The notes under the pieces: generated by a model
What the model saw: only the letters and a program-made list of their open reading frames with translations
Told to the model about the DNA's origin: nothing
Databases searched by the model: none
Program-made: the position numbers and the translations under genes
Part shown: one piece after another, positions 1 through 8,904 of the stretch
Position numbering within the stretch: the stretch's first letter is position 1
Layout of the letters: each line of letters starts with the position of its first letter
Source: a virus
Lineage: Duplodnaviria > Caudoviricetes
Strand: one strand, 5' to 3'
Length of the DNA: 62,432 nucleotides
IMG/VR virus record: IMGVR_UViG_3300037882_001611
Span: 1 to 62,432 of that record

Positions 1-96
1 GGCGCGCTGGTGCTGGCTAAGGCCTTCACGGCGGCGGATACGCTGCTGCTGGTGCTGGACACGGGTGTTACCATCATTGTAAACGTGACAGCTTAA
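1..96 (+). CDS. 3' end of an upstream gene (partial; possibly tail/receptor-binding region)
   Basis: Frame 1 is open (GALVLAKAFTAADTLLLVLDTGVTIIVNVTA) to TAA at 94-96; truncated by the window edge; product guessed from position only. Confidence 0.4.
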   Translation, partial: GALVLAKAFTAADTLLLVLDTGVTIIVNVTA

Positions 97-105
97 GGGT
101 TTGTT

Positions 106-444
106 TTGATGAGTAGTGGGGAACCTGTTGAAGTTCGAGTTGCTCGACTTGAAGAAAAAATGAATTTCTTAGTCGATGAGGCTAAGGAAGCAAAAGCTGC
201 ACGCAAAATACAATATGTTACAAATGAAGAAAACAAAACCAAGATGACCGAGATTGGTAATTCTCTCTCGGCTGTCGAAATTAAACTTGCTGGTCAAGCA
301 CCTACTATCGAAGAGTTCATTACGATCAAACATAAAGTCGTTGGAGCTGGAAAGATGGGTAAAGGTGTTTGGGCAGCAGGTGCTTTCATTATTGGAATAC
401 TTTATTCCAGTCGTGAAAGTGTTGTCGGATGGCTCGCTAAATAA
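106..444 (+). CDS. Putative holin/lysis-associated membrane protein
   Basis: Coiled-coil-like N-terminus and one C-terminal hydrophobic segment (VWAAGAFIIGILY); immediately upstream of the endolysin. Confidence 0.5.
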   Translation: MMSSGEPVEVRVARLEEKMNFLVDEAKEAKAARKIQYVTNEENKTKMTEIGNSLSAVEIKLAGQAPTIEEFITIKHKVVGAGKMGKGVWAAGAFIIGILYSSRESVVGWLAK

Positions 445-456
445 GGAGTTAAACCT

Positions 457-1062
457 ATGAATACTAAGATTCTATTCGACGCTATTCGAAGCGTTAAAAA
501 CTCAGATCTAACTCAGGCTGATGTTGATCTTATCAACAAAGCTTTGGTGGCAGATATAGTCACTATCGAGAAGAAAGGCTTCACTCTTGGTGAAGCAGGA
601 CGAGATCTGATCCACAGTTTTGAAAGTTTGAAACTTACGGCATACAAAGATCCGGGAAGCAAAAATGGTCTCCCAATTACCAATGGTTGGGGTACCACAG
701 TTGGTGAAAATGGTCAGCCAATCAAGCTGGGAGAAGTTTGGACCAAGGAGATGGCAGATCGTCTCTGGCTCCGTGATGCAGCTTATATGGTTCGATGTGT
801 GAACATTCTGATTGGTAATACCCCAACGACACAGAACCAATTTGATGCATTGGTGTCCTTCGCTTACAATGTCGGTCCTGATATGGACAATGACGGTAAG
901 ACTGAAGGTTTGGGTGATAGCACTTTGATGAAGAAACATCGTGCTCGTGATTATGTAGGAGCACAAGCTGAATTTTCCAAGTGGAACAAGAATGACGGCG
1001 TAGTCATGAAAGGTCTTGTTCGTCGTCGAGCTGCTGAGGCTGAATTATATGGAAGAACTTAA
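457..1062 (+). CDS. Endolysin, GH24 phage lysozyme
   Basis: FESLKLTAYKDPG...TNGWG catalytic region, QNQFDALVSFAYNVG and GLVRRRAAEAELY motifs; SD TAAGGAG upstream. Confidence 0.93.
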   Translation: MNTKILFDAIRSVKNSDLTQADVDLINKALVADIVTIEKKGFTLGEAGRDLIHSFESLKLTAYKDPGSKNGLPITNGWGTTVGENGQPIKLGEVWTKEMADRLWLRDAAYMVRCVNILIGNTPTTQNQFDALVSFAYNVGPDMDNDGKTEGLGDSTLMKKHRARDYVGAQAEFSKWNKNDGVVMKGLVRRRAAEAELYGRT

Positions 1063-1429
1063 TCGCGGAAAACTTCGGCATTTTATACACTGGTTAGGAC
1101 ATCCTTTTCGCAGTGTAGCAAGAGGCTGTATATTTCTGATCAATCTGAACCAAACACAGATCAGAGCTTTGTTTTCTCTTGGTATGTTAGGGGGAATCAT
1201 TGCTCTTTCATTTCAGAACATTGGTCTAATTATGATGGTCAGTCAGATTCTTGGCAAAGAATCTTCAAGAGCACTGTTTGGTCAAATGGCTATGGATCAG
1301 CAATGGTGGAACAATGCTATCATGGCTGGTTTTGGTGGAATTCTTGGTCTTGTCGTTTTTGGAGCTGACTATTTCAAATTCAAACATGGCGACACTGAAG
1401 GTGGTTTTGGAAAAGAAGACAACGAATGA
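1049..1429 (+). CDS. Putative holin/antiholin (multi-TM membrane protein)
   Basis: Two to three hydrophobic segments and a charged C-terminus; lies between endolysin and spanin; ATG at 1049 preferred over 1016. Confidence 0.55.
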   Translation: MEELNRGKLRHFIHWLGHPFRSVARGCIFLINLNQTQIRALFSLGMLGGIIALSFQNIGLIMMVSQILGKESSRALFGQMAMDQQWWNNAIMAGFGGILGLVVFGADYFKFKHGDTEGGFGKEDNE

Positions 1430-1974
1430 TCTCGGCAGCACTTGTAGCGATGCGGCTTTGGCCTTGGGGTAAGATCCTTAAAATCGGTCTTCCTGTTCTC
1501 GCAATTGGTTTCTTGCTATGGCATGTTTATTCTCTTGGTTCAGATCATGGAAAATCTATGGTCCAACGAAAATGGGATGTCCAAAAACAAATAGACGCAA
1601 AAGCGTTGGCTGATGAAAAAAAGAAAATCGCCTTAGAAGAGGCGATCCATCGAGCAAACAATAAGGAAATTTCTGATGAACTCGCTTCAATCAAACAAAC
1701 TGCTATTGGCGATATTGCTCGTATCAGGGGTGAGTCTGCTCTCAGGCTGCAAGACAGCACCAAACGAGCGGATTTGTATCGGCGTCAGGCCGAAGCTGGA
1801 GCCGTTGAGCAAGCAAACCTTGCAAGCCATGCAGCCCAACTCGACCGATCTCTCTCAGAGGGCATCGAACTGGTCGAAGAATTCCAAGCAATTGTTGAAC
1901 TCCGTGATGGACAAATCCATGGATTAGCGGCACAGATCAACAACGACCGCCAACTTATCACTGGATCAGATTAG
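1426..1974 (+). CDS. Inner-membrane spanin (Rz-like)
   Basis: N-terminal TM helix followed by a long coiled-coil; last lysis gene before the portal, as in N4. Confidence 0.8.
   Translation: MISAALVAMRLWPWGKILKIGLPVLAIGFLLWHVYSLGSDHGKSMVQRKWDVQKQIDAKALADEKKKIALEEAIHRANNKEISDELASIKQTAIGDIARIRGESALRLQDSTKRADLYRRQAEAGAVEQANLASHAAQLDRSLSEGIELVEEFQAIVELRDGQIHGLAAQINNDRQLITGSD
1676..1927 (+). CDS. Outer-membrane spanin lipoprotein (Rz1-like), embedded in the +1 frame of the i-spanin
   Basis: Signal peptide [18 protein letters not shown] with lipobox LSGC; TAAGGA SD upstream; wholly inside the Rz-like gene. Confidence 0.82.
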   Translation: MNSLQSNKLLLAILLVSGVSLLSGCKTAPNERICIGVRPKLEPLSKQTLQAMQPNSTDLSQRASNWSKNSKQLLNSVMDKSMD

Positions 1975-1978
1975 TCCG

Positions 1979-4204
1979 ATGCAAACAGTACAGCCCAGCA
2001 TTAGCCCTAATGAACTTCAACCACAGAAACTGACGGATTGGAGCAATGCACCTTCAGTTCGTCAGCTCAAGGAAGACCTTGAAACGGCGAAACAGGCTCA
2101 TGATAGCCAGATGATCCGTATCCAGCGATGGAACGATCTGACGGCTGTCAAAGGCAGTGCAAAACCACCGAAGATCAAAGGACGTTCATCGATTCAGCCA
2201 AAACTGATTCGGCGTCAGGCTGAGTGGCGATACTCAGCTTTGACAGAACCGTTTCTGTCATCAAAGAAGCTCTTCAGTGTAAAGCCGGTCACGTTTGAAG
2301 ATGCTGATGCTGCTCGACAAAATGAGCTGGTTTTGAATTGGCAATTTCGTACCAAACTCAATCGAGTGAAGTTTATTGACGATTTTGTTCGTTCAATAGT
2401 CGATGAGGGTACGGGCATTGTACAAGTGGGTTGGGTCCGTGATACGACCACAATCCAGCAGGAAGTTCCTGTCTTTTCTCATTATGAAATACAGAGTGAA
2501 GAACAACTCCAGCCTCTTCAACAGGCATTGGAGCTACGTGATACTGATCCTCGCATGTATGATGAGCAGATGGATCCTGCCATTAAAGCAGCAGTAGATT
2601 ATTATGATGAGAGCCAACAGCCTACGGTAGCTGTTCAAACTGGAACTGAGAAGGTTTCAGTTGAGAAGGTTCTCATCAATAAACCGACTGTTGAGGTGCT
2701 TAATCCTCAGAATTTTTATATTGATCCATCATGCGGTGGTGATGTTGAAAAAGCATTGTTTGCTGTCGTTTCATTTGAAACGAATAAAGCTGACTTGTCA
2801 AAAAACAAAAAACGATATAAGAATCTTGATCTGGTAAATTGGGAAGCAAATACTCCTATTACCAATCCAGACCATGAGAGTAGTAATCCAGATACGTTTC
2901 AGTTTCGAGATCAACTTCGAAAGCGTGTGGTAGCCTACGAATATTGGGGCTTCTACGATATCCATGGTAATGGCCGATTGGTACCGATTGTGTGTACTTG
3001 GATCGGTGATGTCATTATTCGTATGGAAGAAAATCCCTTTCCGGATCAAAAGCTCCCCTTCGTTTTGGTTCCTTATCTTCCTGTAAAGCGTGAGCTTTAT
3101 GGCGAGCCTGATGCTGAGCTTTTGGAAGATAACCAGAAGATCCTTGGTGCTGTATTCCGTGGCATGATCGATCTGCTCGGTCGATCCGCAAATGGTCAGC
3201 AAGGTTTTGCTAAGGGGATGCTCGATCCTCTCAATCGTCGTCGATATGAAAATGGTCAGGACTATGAGTTCAATCCAAACCTAACGCCTGCGGCTGGTTT
3301 GATTGAACATAGATATCCAGAATTCCCTCAGTCTGCATTGCAGATGGCTGGTCTCCAGAACCAAGAAGCAGAAGCTCTTACTGGGGTAAAAGCTTTTGCT
3401 AGTGGCTTGTCTGGTGAAAGTTACGGTGATGTAGCTGCTGGTATTCGTGGTGCTCTTGACGCAGCATCCAAGCGAGAGATGGCTATTCTTCGCCGTATAG
3501 CGAAGGGTATGATCGAAATCGGTCAGAAGATCGTCAGCATGAATGCTGTCTTCCTTTCGAAGGAAGAAGTGATCCGAGTCACGAACGAAGAATTTGTCAC
3601 TGTAAAACGTGAAGATCTTCAGGGTAATTTTGATCTAGACACTGATATTTCTACTGCTGAGGTGGATAATCAGAAAGCTCAAGATCTTGCTTTCATGCTT
3701 CAGACTATCGGCAACAATATGGATATGAGCATCACGCTCATGATCCTTGCTGAAATTGCTGAATTGAAGCGTATGCCTGAATTGGCTGAAAAACTCCGTC
3801 GCTTCAAACCGCAGGTTACTCCGGAACAACAGCAGATGCAGGCACTCCAGCTTGAAGAGATGAAGTTGAAAGTGGAAGAACTTCGTTCGAAGGTTGAGTT
3901 GAATCGTGCCAAAACTGCCGAAGCTCTAGCCTCAAAAGATCAAAAGAACCTCGATTATCTTGAGCAAGAGACAGGAACCAAACACACCCGAGATATGCAA
4001 AAGCAAGGCGCTCAGGCTCGTGGTAATCAGGATCTTCTGGTGACGAAAGCACTTACTACACCAACAAAGGAAGGTGAAAGTCGTCCTGATGTAGAGGCTG
4101 CCATTGGATTCAATGAGATCAGTGATCGTCTAAATGATGCTGGACAACCTGCTCAAGTTGATTATCCAGTTGACAATCCACCCCAAGTTGGAGGAATGCT
4201 CTAA
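1979..4204 (+). CDS. Portal protein (N4 gp59-like)
   Basis: 741 aa; [27 protein letters not shown] and [10 protein letters not shown] motifs typical of N4-like portals; synteny. Confidence 0.92.
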   Translation: MQTVQPSISPNELQPQKLTDWSNAPSVRQLKEDLETAKQAHDSQMIRIQRWNDLTAVKGSAKPPKIKGRSSIQPKLIRRQAEWRYSALTEPFLSSKKLFSVKPVTFEDADAARQNELVLNWQFRTKLNRVKFIDDFVRSIVDEGTGIVQVGWVRDTTTIQQEVPVFSHYEIQSEEQLQPLQQALELRDTDPRMYDEQMDPAIKAAVDYYDESQQPTVAVQTGTEKVSVEKVLINKPTVEVLNPQNFYIDPSCGGDVEKALFAVVSFETNKADLSKNKKRYKNLDLVNWEANTPITNPDHESSNPDTFQFRDQLRKRVVAYEYWGFYDIHGNGRLVPIVCTWIGDVIIRMEENPFPDQKLPFVLVPYLPVKRELYGEPDAELLEDNQKILGAVFRGMIDLLGRSANGQQGFAKGMLDPLNRRRYENGQDYEFNPNLTPAAGLIEHRYPEFPQSALQMAGLQNQEAEALTGVKAFASGLSGESYGDVAAGIRGALDAASKREMAILRRIAKGMIEIGQKIVSMNAVFLSKEEVIRVTNEEFVTVKREDLQGNFDLDTDISTAEVDNQKAQDLAFMLQTIGNNMDMSITLMILAEIAELKRMPELAEKLRRFKPQVTPEQQQMQALQLEEMKLKVEELRSKVELNRAKTAEALASKDQKNLDYLEQETGTKHTRDMQKQGAQARGNQDLLVTKALTTPTKEGESRPDVEAAIGFNEISDRLNDAGQPAQVDYPVDNPPQVGGML

Positions 4205-4242
4205 AACAGACCGAACACCAAACCCAGTAGAGGCCCAATCCC

Positions 4243-4587
4243 ATGAATCAAGTCGAAGCTCTTGAAGAACAACTGAAGACTGAAAAGCTTCGTGTCGAAC
4301 GACGCGATGCCATTCTTCGGCTCTCTAAGAATCCGGATTTCCGAAAACTCATCATTGAAGATTTCTGCCGTAATGAATGTGCTCGTTATGTGCATGAGTC
4401 TGGTGATCCATCGCTCACTGCTGAGCAACGTGCTGATGCACTGAATATTGCCCAAGCAGCCGGTCATCTGAAGCGGTTCCTCAATGTCAATATTACTATG
4501 GGTGATGTTGCTGAGCGAACTGTAATGGATCTTGATCAGGCAATCGAGGAAGCTCGTGCCAGTGAAGGTCAAGAGGAGATTGACTAA
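4243..4587 (+). CDS. Conserved N4-like hypothetical protein (gp58-like)
   Basis: RLSKNPDFRKLIIEDF motif; position between portal and gp57-like gene. Confidence 0.65.
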   Translation: MNQVEALEEQLKTEKLRVERRDAILRLSKNPDFRKLIIEDFCRNECARYVHESGDPSLTAEQRADALNIAQAAGHLKRFLNVNITMGDVAERTVMDLDQAIEEARASEGQEEID

Positions 4588-5813
4588 TGGCTGATGAAGT
4601 TAAGCCTGATATGGCTACCAATCCTCTTGAACTTTCTGATGATGATTTTCTGAAGCTCAGTTCACCTGATGCTCTTGAAAATCACAATCCAGAAGAACCG
4701 ATTATCGATTTAACAGTAGATGAAGCTGTTGCGTCGGGTACGGAAGAAATTGATAATGAAGCAAAGCCGGAAGCTGAAAATTCAGAAGACGGAGATCTTG
4801 CTAAGCCGGTTGCTGAGGAAGAAGGTGCTGAAGATAATATTGTTCAGCCCGAAACCAAAGAAGGATCGGACAAGCAGGGGGTAGAAACTCCAAAGCCTGA
4901 AGATGACGTTCATGCTGTTGGTTCAATCGAAGAACCAAAGCCTGTAGATCACAAGGCTTTCTACGAGCAAATTATGACTCCATTCAAAGCGAATGGAAAG
5001 ACCATCGAGTTGAAGTCGCCCGAGGAAGCGATTCAACTCATGCAGATGGGAGCCAATTACACTCGTAAAATGCAGTCTATCCAACCGCATCGAAAGGTGC
5101 TAACAATGTTGGAGAACAATGGTCTTCTTGATGAGGACCGGCTTTCTTATCTGATCGATTTGGATAAGAAGAACCCGGAAGCCATCAAAAAGCTCATTAA
5201 AGATGCAGGTATTGATCCCCTAGAGATTGATACCGAAGTCGAACCAGTCTACCTTGGAGGTGGTCATAAAGTCAGTGATGCTGAAGTAAATTTCCGTTCT
5301 AACTTGGACGAGCTTAGCTCTACTCCAACTGGGAAGGAAACAATTCATACCATCAATTCGACTTGGGACGAGACCAGCAAGGAAGTTCTTTGGCAAGAAC
5401 CCAGTCTGATGACGATAATTCACGCTCAACGTGAAACGGGTGTATATGACCGTATCACTACTGAGATGGACCGGCAGAGGATGCTAGGCAAAATTACTCC
5501 CGATACTCCGTTCCTGAAAGCTTATAAGGAAATCGGTGATGCACTAACTGAAGTTGGTGGTTTCGACGATCTTCTGAAGCCAAAACAGACTACGAAAGAA
5601 GTGCTGATCAGCACCCCAGCAAATCCGTTGGAATCTGAGCCAGTAATTACTCGTGCTGCGTTGCCTAAGCCTTCAGTTGAAAATGGAGATAAGGCCAGTG
5701 CAGCGTCCCCCACACGAAGCACTCCAAAACCGGCAAAACCCTTCGTTAATCCGTTGGGTATGTCAGATGATCAATTTATGGCGGAATTCGCGAAATTCCA
5801 AGGCCGAGTTTGA
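4587..5813 (+). CDS. N4 gp57-like protein (scaffold/'tape measure' annotated family)
   Basis: Acidic low-complexity N-terminus followed by PFKANGK...LMQMGANYTRKMQ motif; directly upstream of the major capsid gene. Confidence 0.8.
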   Translation: MADEVKPDMATNPLELSDDDFLKLSSPDALENHNPEEPIIDLTVDEAVASGTEEIDNEAKPEAENSEDGDLAKPVAEEEGAEDNIVQPETKEGSDKQGVETPKPEDDVHAVGSIEEPKPVDHKAFYEQIMTPFKANGKTIELKSPEEAIQLMQMGANYTRKMQSIQPHRKVLTMLENNGLLDEDRLSYLIDLDKKNPEAIKKLIKDAGIDPLEIDTEVEPVYLGGGHKVSDAEVNFRSNLDELSSTPTGKETIHTINSTWDETSKEVLWQEPSLMTIIHAQRETGVYDRITTEMDRQRMLGKITPDTPFLKAYKEIGDALTEVGGFDDLLKPKQTTKEVLISTPANPLESEPVITRAALPKPSVENGDKASAASPTRSTPKPAKPFVNPLGMSDDQFMAEFAKFQGRV

Positions 5814-5826
5814 GGAATAATCTCTA

Positions 5827-7050
5827 ATGCTTAACTATAATGCCCCTATCGATGGCCAGAAGTCGTCCATTGACGGTACTGGCTCCGATCAGATGGAAAC
5901 CTTTTTCTGGCTGAAGAAGGCAATCATCGACTCGCGGAAAGAGCAGTATTTCATGCCGCTCTCTTCAACCATCAATATGCCGAAGAACTTTGGTAAGACC
6001 ATCAAAGTTTTCCAGTATGTCCCACTGCTGGATGACCGCAACGTCAACGATCAGGGTATCGATGCAAACGGTGTAACCATTGCCAATGGCAATCTTTATG
6101 GTTCCAGCCGTGATGTCGGTGCCATTGCCAGCAAGCTGCCTGCTCTCACCGAGAATGGTGGACGTGTGAACCGTGTCGGCTTCACTCGTCTGAGTCGTGA
6201 AGGTTCGATTCACAAGTTCGGCTTTTTCACTGAGTTCACTCAGGAATCGATGGACTTTGACAGTGACTCGGATCTGATGTCCCATCTCAGCCGTGAGCTG
6301 ATGAATGGCGCTGTTCAGCTCACTGAAGCAGCTCTCCAGATGGACCTTCTCGCTGCTCCCGGTGTGGTGCTCTATGCTGGTGCAGCTACGGATGTGGATG
6401 AAATCACTGGTGAAGTGGATACGGTTCCCAATCCAGATACTCCGGCGTCCATTGTAGATTACGAAGATCTGATGCGTTTGGACCAGATTCTCACGGACAA
6501 TCGTACTCCAACGCAGACTACGATCATCAAGGGCAGCCGTTTGGTTGATACGGTTACGCTCGGTGCTACTCGTATTCTGTTTGTTGGTTCCGAACTGGTT
6601 CCACTTCTGAAGCGAATGAAGGATCTGTTCAACAACAAGGCGTTCATCGAAATTCAGCATTATGGTGATGCTGGTATGGTGATGAACGGTGAAGTCGGCT
6701 CTATCGACAAGTTCCGCATTATTCAGGTTCCTGAAATGCTGCACTGGGCTGGTGCTGGTGCTGAGGTTAATGACAACCCCGGTTATCGTTCGACCACTGT
6801 TGGCGGCACAGAACGCTATGACGTATATCCAATGCTCTGCATTGGTGAAGATAGCTTCGTTACCATTGGTTTCCAGACTGATGGTAAGACGGTCAAGTTT
6901 AACGCCATGACCAAGATGCCCGGTAAGGAAACGGCTGACCGTAACGATCCGTTTGGTGAAACTGGCTTCAGCTCGATCAAATGGTACTACGGTATCCTTA
7001 TCAAGCGTCCGGAACGGATTGGTGTTATCAAAACGGTTGCTCCGATCTAA
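5827..7050 (+). CDS. Major capsid protein (N4 gp56-like)
   Basis: [30 protein letters not shown] and [16 protein letters not shown] motifs; strong SD and downstream terminator. Confidence 0.95.
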   Translation: MLNYNAPIDGQKSSIDGTGSDQMETFFWLKKAIIDSRKEQYFMPLSSTINMPKNFGKTIKVFQYVPLLDDRNVNDQGIDANGVTIANGNLYGSSRDVGAIASKLPALTENGGRVNRVGFTRLSREGSIHKFGFFTEFTQESMDFDSDSDLMSHLSRELMNGAVQLTEAALQMDLLAAPGVVLYAGAATDVDEITGEVDTVPNPDTPASIVDYEDLMRLDQILTDNRTPTQTTIIKGSRLVDTVTLGATRILFVGSELVPLLKRMKDLFNNKAFIEIQHYGDAGMVMNGEVGSIDKFRIIQVPEMLHWAGAGAEVNDNPGYRSTTVGGTERYDVYPMLCIGEDSFVTIGFQTDGKTVKFNAMTKMPGKETADRNDPFGETGFSSIKWYYGILIKRPERIGVIKTVAPI

Positions 7051-7074
7051 CTCCAATGGCATAAGCCGAAATTG

Positions 7075-7110
7075 AGGGGTGGGTTTTGTAAAAGCCTACC
7101 CCTTTCTTTT
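7075..7110 (+). terminator. Intrinsic terminator after the capsid gene
   Basis: AGGGGTGGGTTTT/AAAGCCTACCCCT stem followed by TTCTTTT. Confidence 0.8.
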
Positions 7111-7147
7111 ATGACCGACCATTCAAAACCCGAAAGGTATTTTCCTG

Positions 7148-7948
7148 ATGACTGAGCAGACTGAAGGCAGCGGCCCGTCTGAACTTGAACTCCTCAAGAA
7201 TCGAGCACGCTTGCTCGGTATCGAGTTCTCCAATAATATTGGTCTTGAAACTCTCCGTGAACGTGTGAGTGAAAAGATCGCAGAAGTTGAAAATGATACT
7301 GGTGGAGACAACCTTCCAGCTCTTTCTTCTGGTTCTGAAAGCGATGCTGACATCGAAGAAGAAACGGTTACTGGAACCGCTGATCAACAGGAACCAAATG
7401 GTTTGACGGCTGCCGCTCAAATTGCTGCGGCAAAAGCGACAGCTCCTCCAGTAGCATTCATTCAACCGATTGCTCCGAAAATTGTTGAAACACCTGATCC
7501 CTCAATTTCAGCCAAGACTGGACAGGCAACAGAAGCAAAACCGGGCAAAACGCTTTCACTCCGACAGCGTTTGTATAATGAACAGATGAAACTGGTTCGT
7601 GTTCAGATTACCAATTTGGATCCGAAAAAGGCTGATCTACACGGCGAACTTTTGGCTGTAGGCAACAAGTTCATTGGTACGATCAAGATGTTCGTGCCGT
7701 ATGGTGAAGTGACGGATGATGGTTGGCATATCCCTTACATCATCTACAAGGAACTGGAACGTCGGAAATTTTTGGCTATTCGTACCACGAAAGACCGTCG
7801 TACTGGTCAGGTGAAGGTATCGAAGAGTTGGGCGAAGGAATTCTCTCTGACCATTCTTCCACCTTTGTCAGAAACAGAACTGAAGCGTCTGGCGATTGCT
7901 CAGGCCGCTGCCGGTTCAATTGATGCCCCGAGTGAAGTTCTCGGCTAA
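7148..7948 (+). CDS. N4 gp55-like protein
   Basis: ELELLKNRARLLGI N-terminus and KLVRVQITNLDPKK motif; synteny. Confidence 0.75.
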   Translation: MTEQTEGSGPSELELLKNRARLLGIEFSNNIGLETLRERVSEKIAEVENDTGGDNLPALSSGSESDADIEEETVTGTADQQEPNGLTAAAQIAAAKATAPPVAFIQPIAPKIVETPDPSISAKTGQATEAKPGKTLSLRQRLYNEQMKLVRVQITNLDPKKADLHGELLAVGNKFIGTIKMFVPYGEVTDDGWHIPYIIYKELERRKFLAIRTTKDRRTGQVKVSKSWAKEFSLTILPPLSETELKRLAIAQAAAGSIDAPSEVLG

Positions 7949-7981
7949 TATCTCGGCTTGAATCAAGAAAAGGAACCGCTG

Positions 7982-8902
7982 ATGAGTTGTGGTGCTGATA
8001 CCGAAGCGAATGAATTGATCGCCAGTTTGACGACCGATGCCTCTTTTGAGATCCCAGAGATCGATTTGGATGCAACGATTTTCAAGCTTCCGGGTGATCA
8101 AACCATTCCGATGTACGGTCAGGTTGTACCTCTGACTAATCTAGATCTTACCACTGGTGAGATCAGCGGTTCCGGTTCTTTTGATGCATTGATGCGGGGG
8201 TTTAAAGCTCATCTAGCTTTGGAATTCGAAAAAGGCCGGATCACTGGTGCCGAATATGCAAAGACATATACGACACTTACCCAGAATGCGATGGCTGCCG
8301 GTGTGCAGTTTCTTTTGGGTCGAGATCAAGCCTATTGGACTTCTCAGCTTGCTCAGCTTCAGGCAATCACTGCCCGTGTACAGCTTGAGACCATGAAAGT
8401 TCAGCTTGCTCAGGCCCAGTTCGAAGCCCAAAATGCAAAGGTAAATTATGCTCTTACGAAGATGCGTTTGGCGTCAGAGAGCGTAACTTATTGCACTGCA
8501 AAATATAATTTGGAAAACATACTTCCGAAACAACTTGCAAAGTTGGAAGCAGAAACGCTTAACGCAGAGCAACAAGTAGCTATTGGTGAGTATCAGCTTA
8601 CCTATATGCTACCAAAACAACTTGCTCTTGTGTCTGAACAAGTCGAAACACAGCGTTCACAGACGCTTGATACTCGAACAGACGGTGCTACCATTGTTGG
8701 TTCAGTAGGAAAACAGAAAGATCTGTATTCTCAGCAGATCATCTCGTATCAACGTGACGCTGAAGTGAAGGCTGCAAAAATATTTGCAGATGCTTGGATC
8801 ACGCAAAAGACTATCGATGAAGGTTTGCTGCCACCAACTGGCTTTACAAATGCAAGCCTCGATGATGTGCTGGATGTCGTTAAGACAAACAATGGGTTCT
8901 AA
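7982..8902 (+). CDS. N4 gp54-like virion structural protein
   Basis: GSGSFDALM...GRITGAEY and DAWITQKTIDEG motifs; ATG at 7982 follows AAGGA. Confidence 0.75.
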   Translation: MSCGADTEANELIASLTTDASFEIPEIDLDATIFKLPGDQTIPMYGQVVPLTNLDLTTGEISGSGSFDALMRGFKAHLALEFEKGRITGAEYAKTYTTLTQNAMAAGVQFLLGRDQAYWTSQLAQLQAITARVQLETMKVQLAQAQFEAQNAKVNYALTKMRLASESVTYCTAKYNLENILPKQLAKLEAETLNAEQQVAIGEYQLTYMLPKQLALVSEQVETQRSQTLDTRTDGATIVGSVGKQKDLYSQQIISYQRDAEVKAAKIFADAWITQKTIDEGLLPPTGFTNASLDDVLDVVKTNNGF

Positions 8903-8904
8903 TT

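Noticed and set aside
5965-7062. 365-aa ORF antisense to the major capsid gene
   Set aside because: Shadow ORF expected from the codon bias of a highly expressed gene; no recognisable motifs
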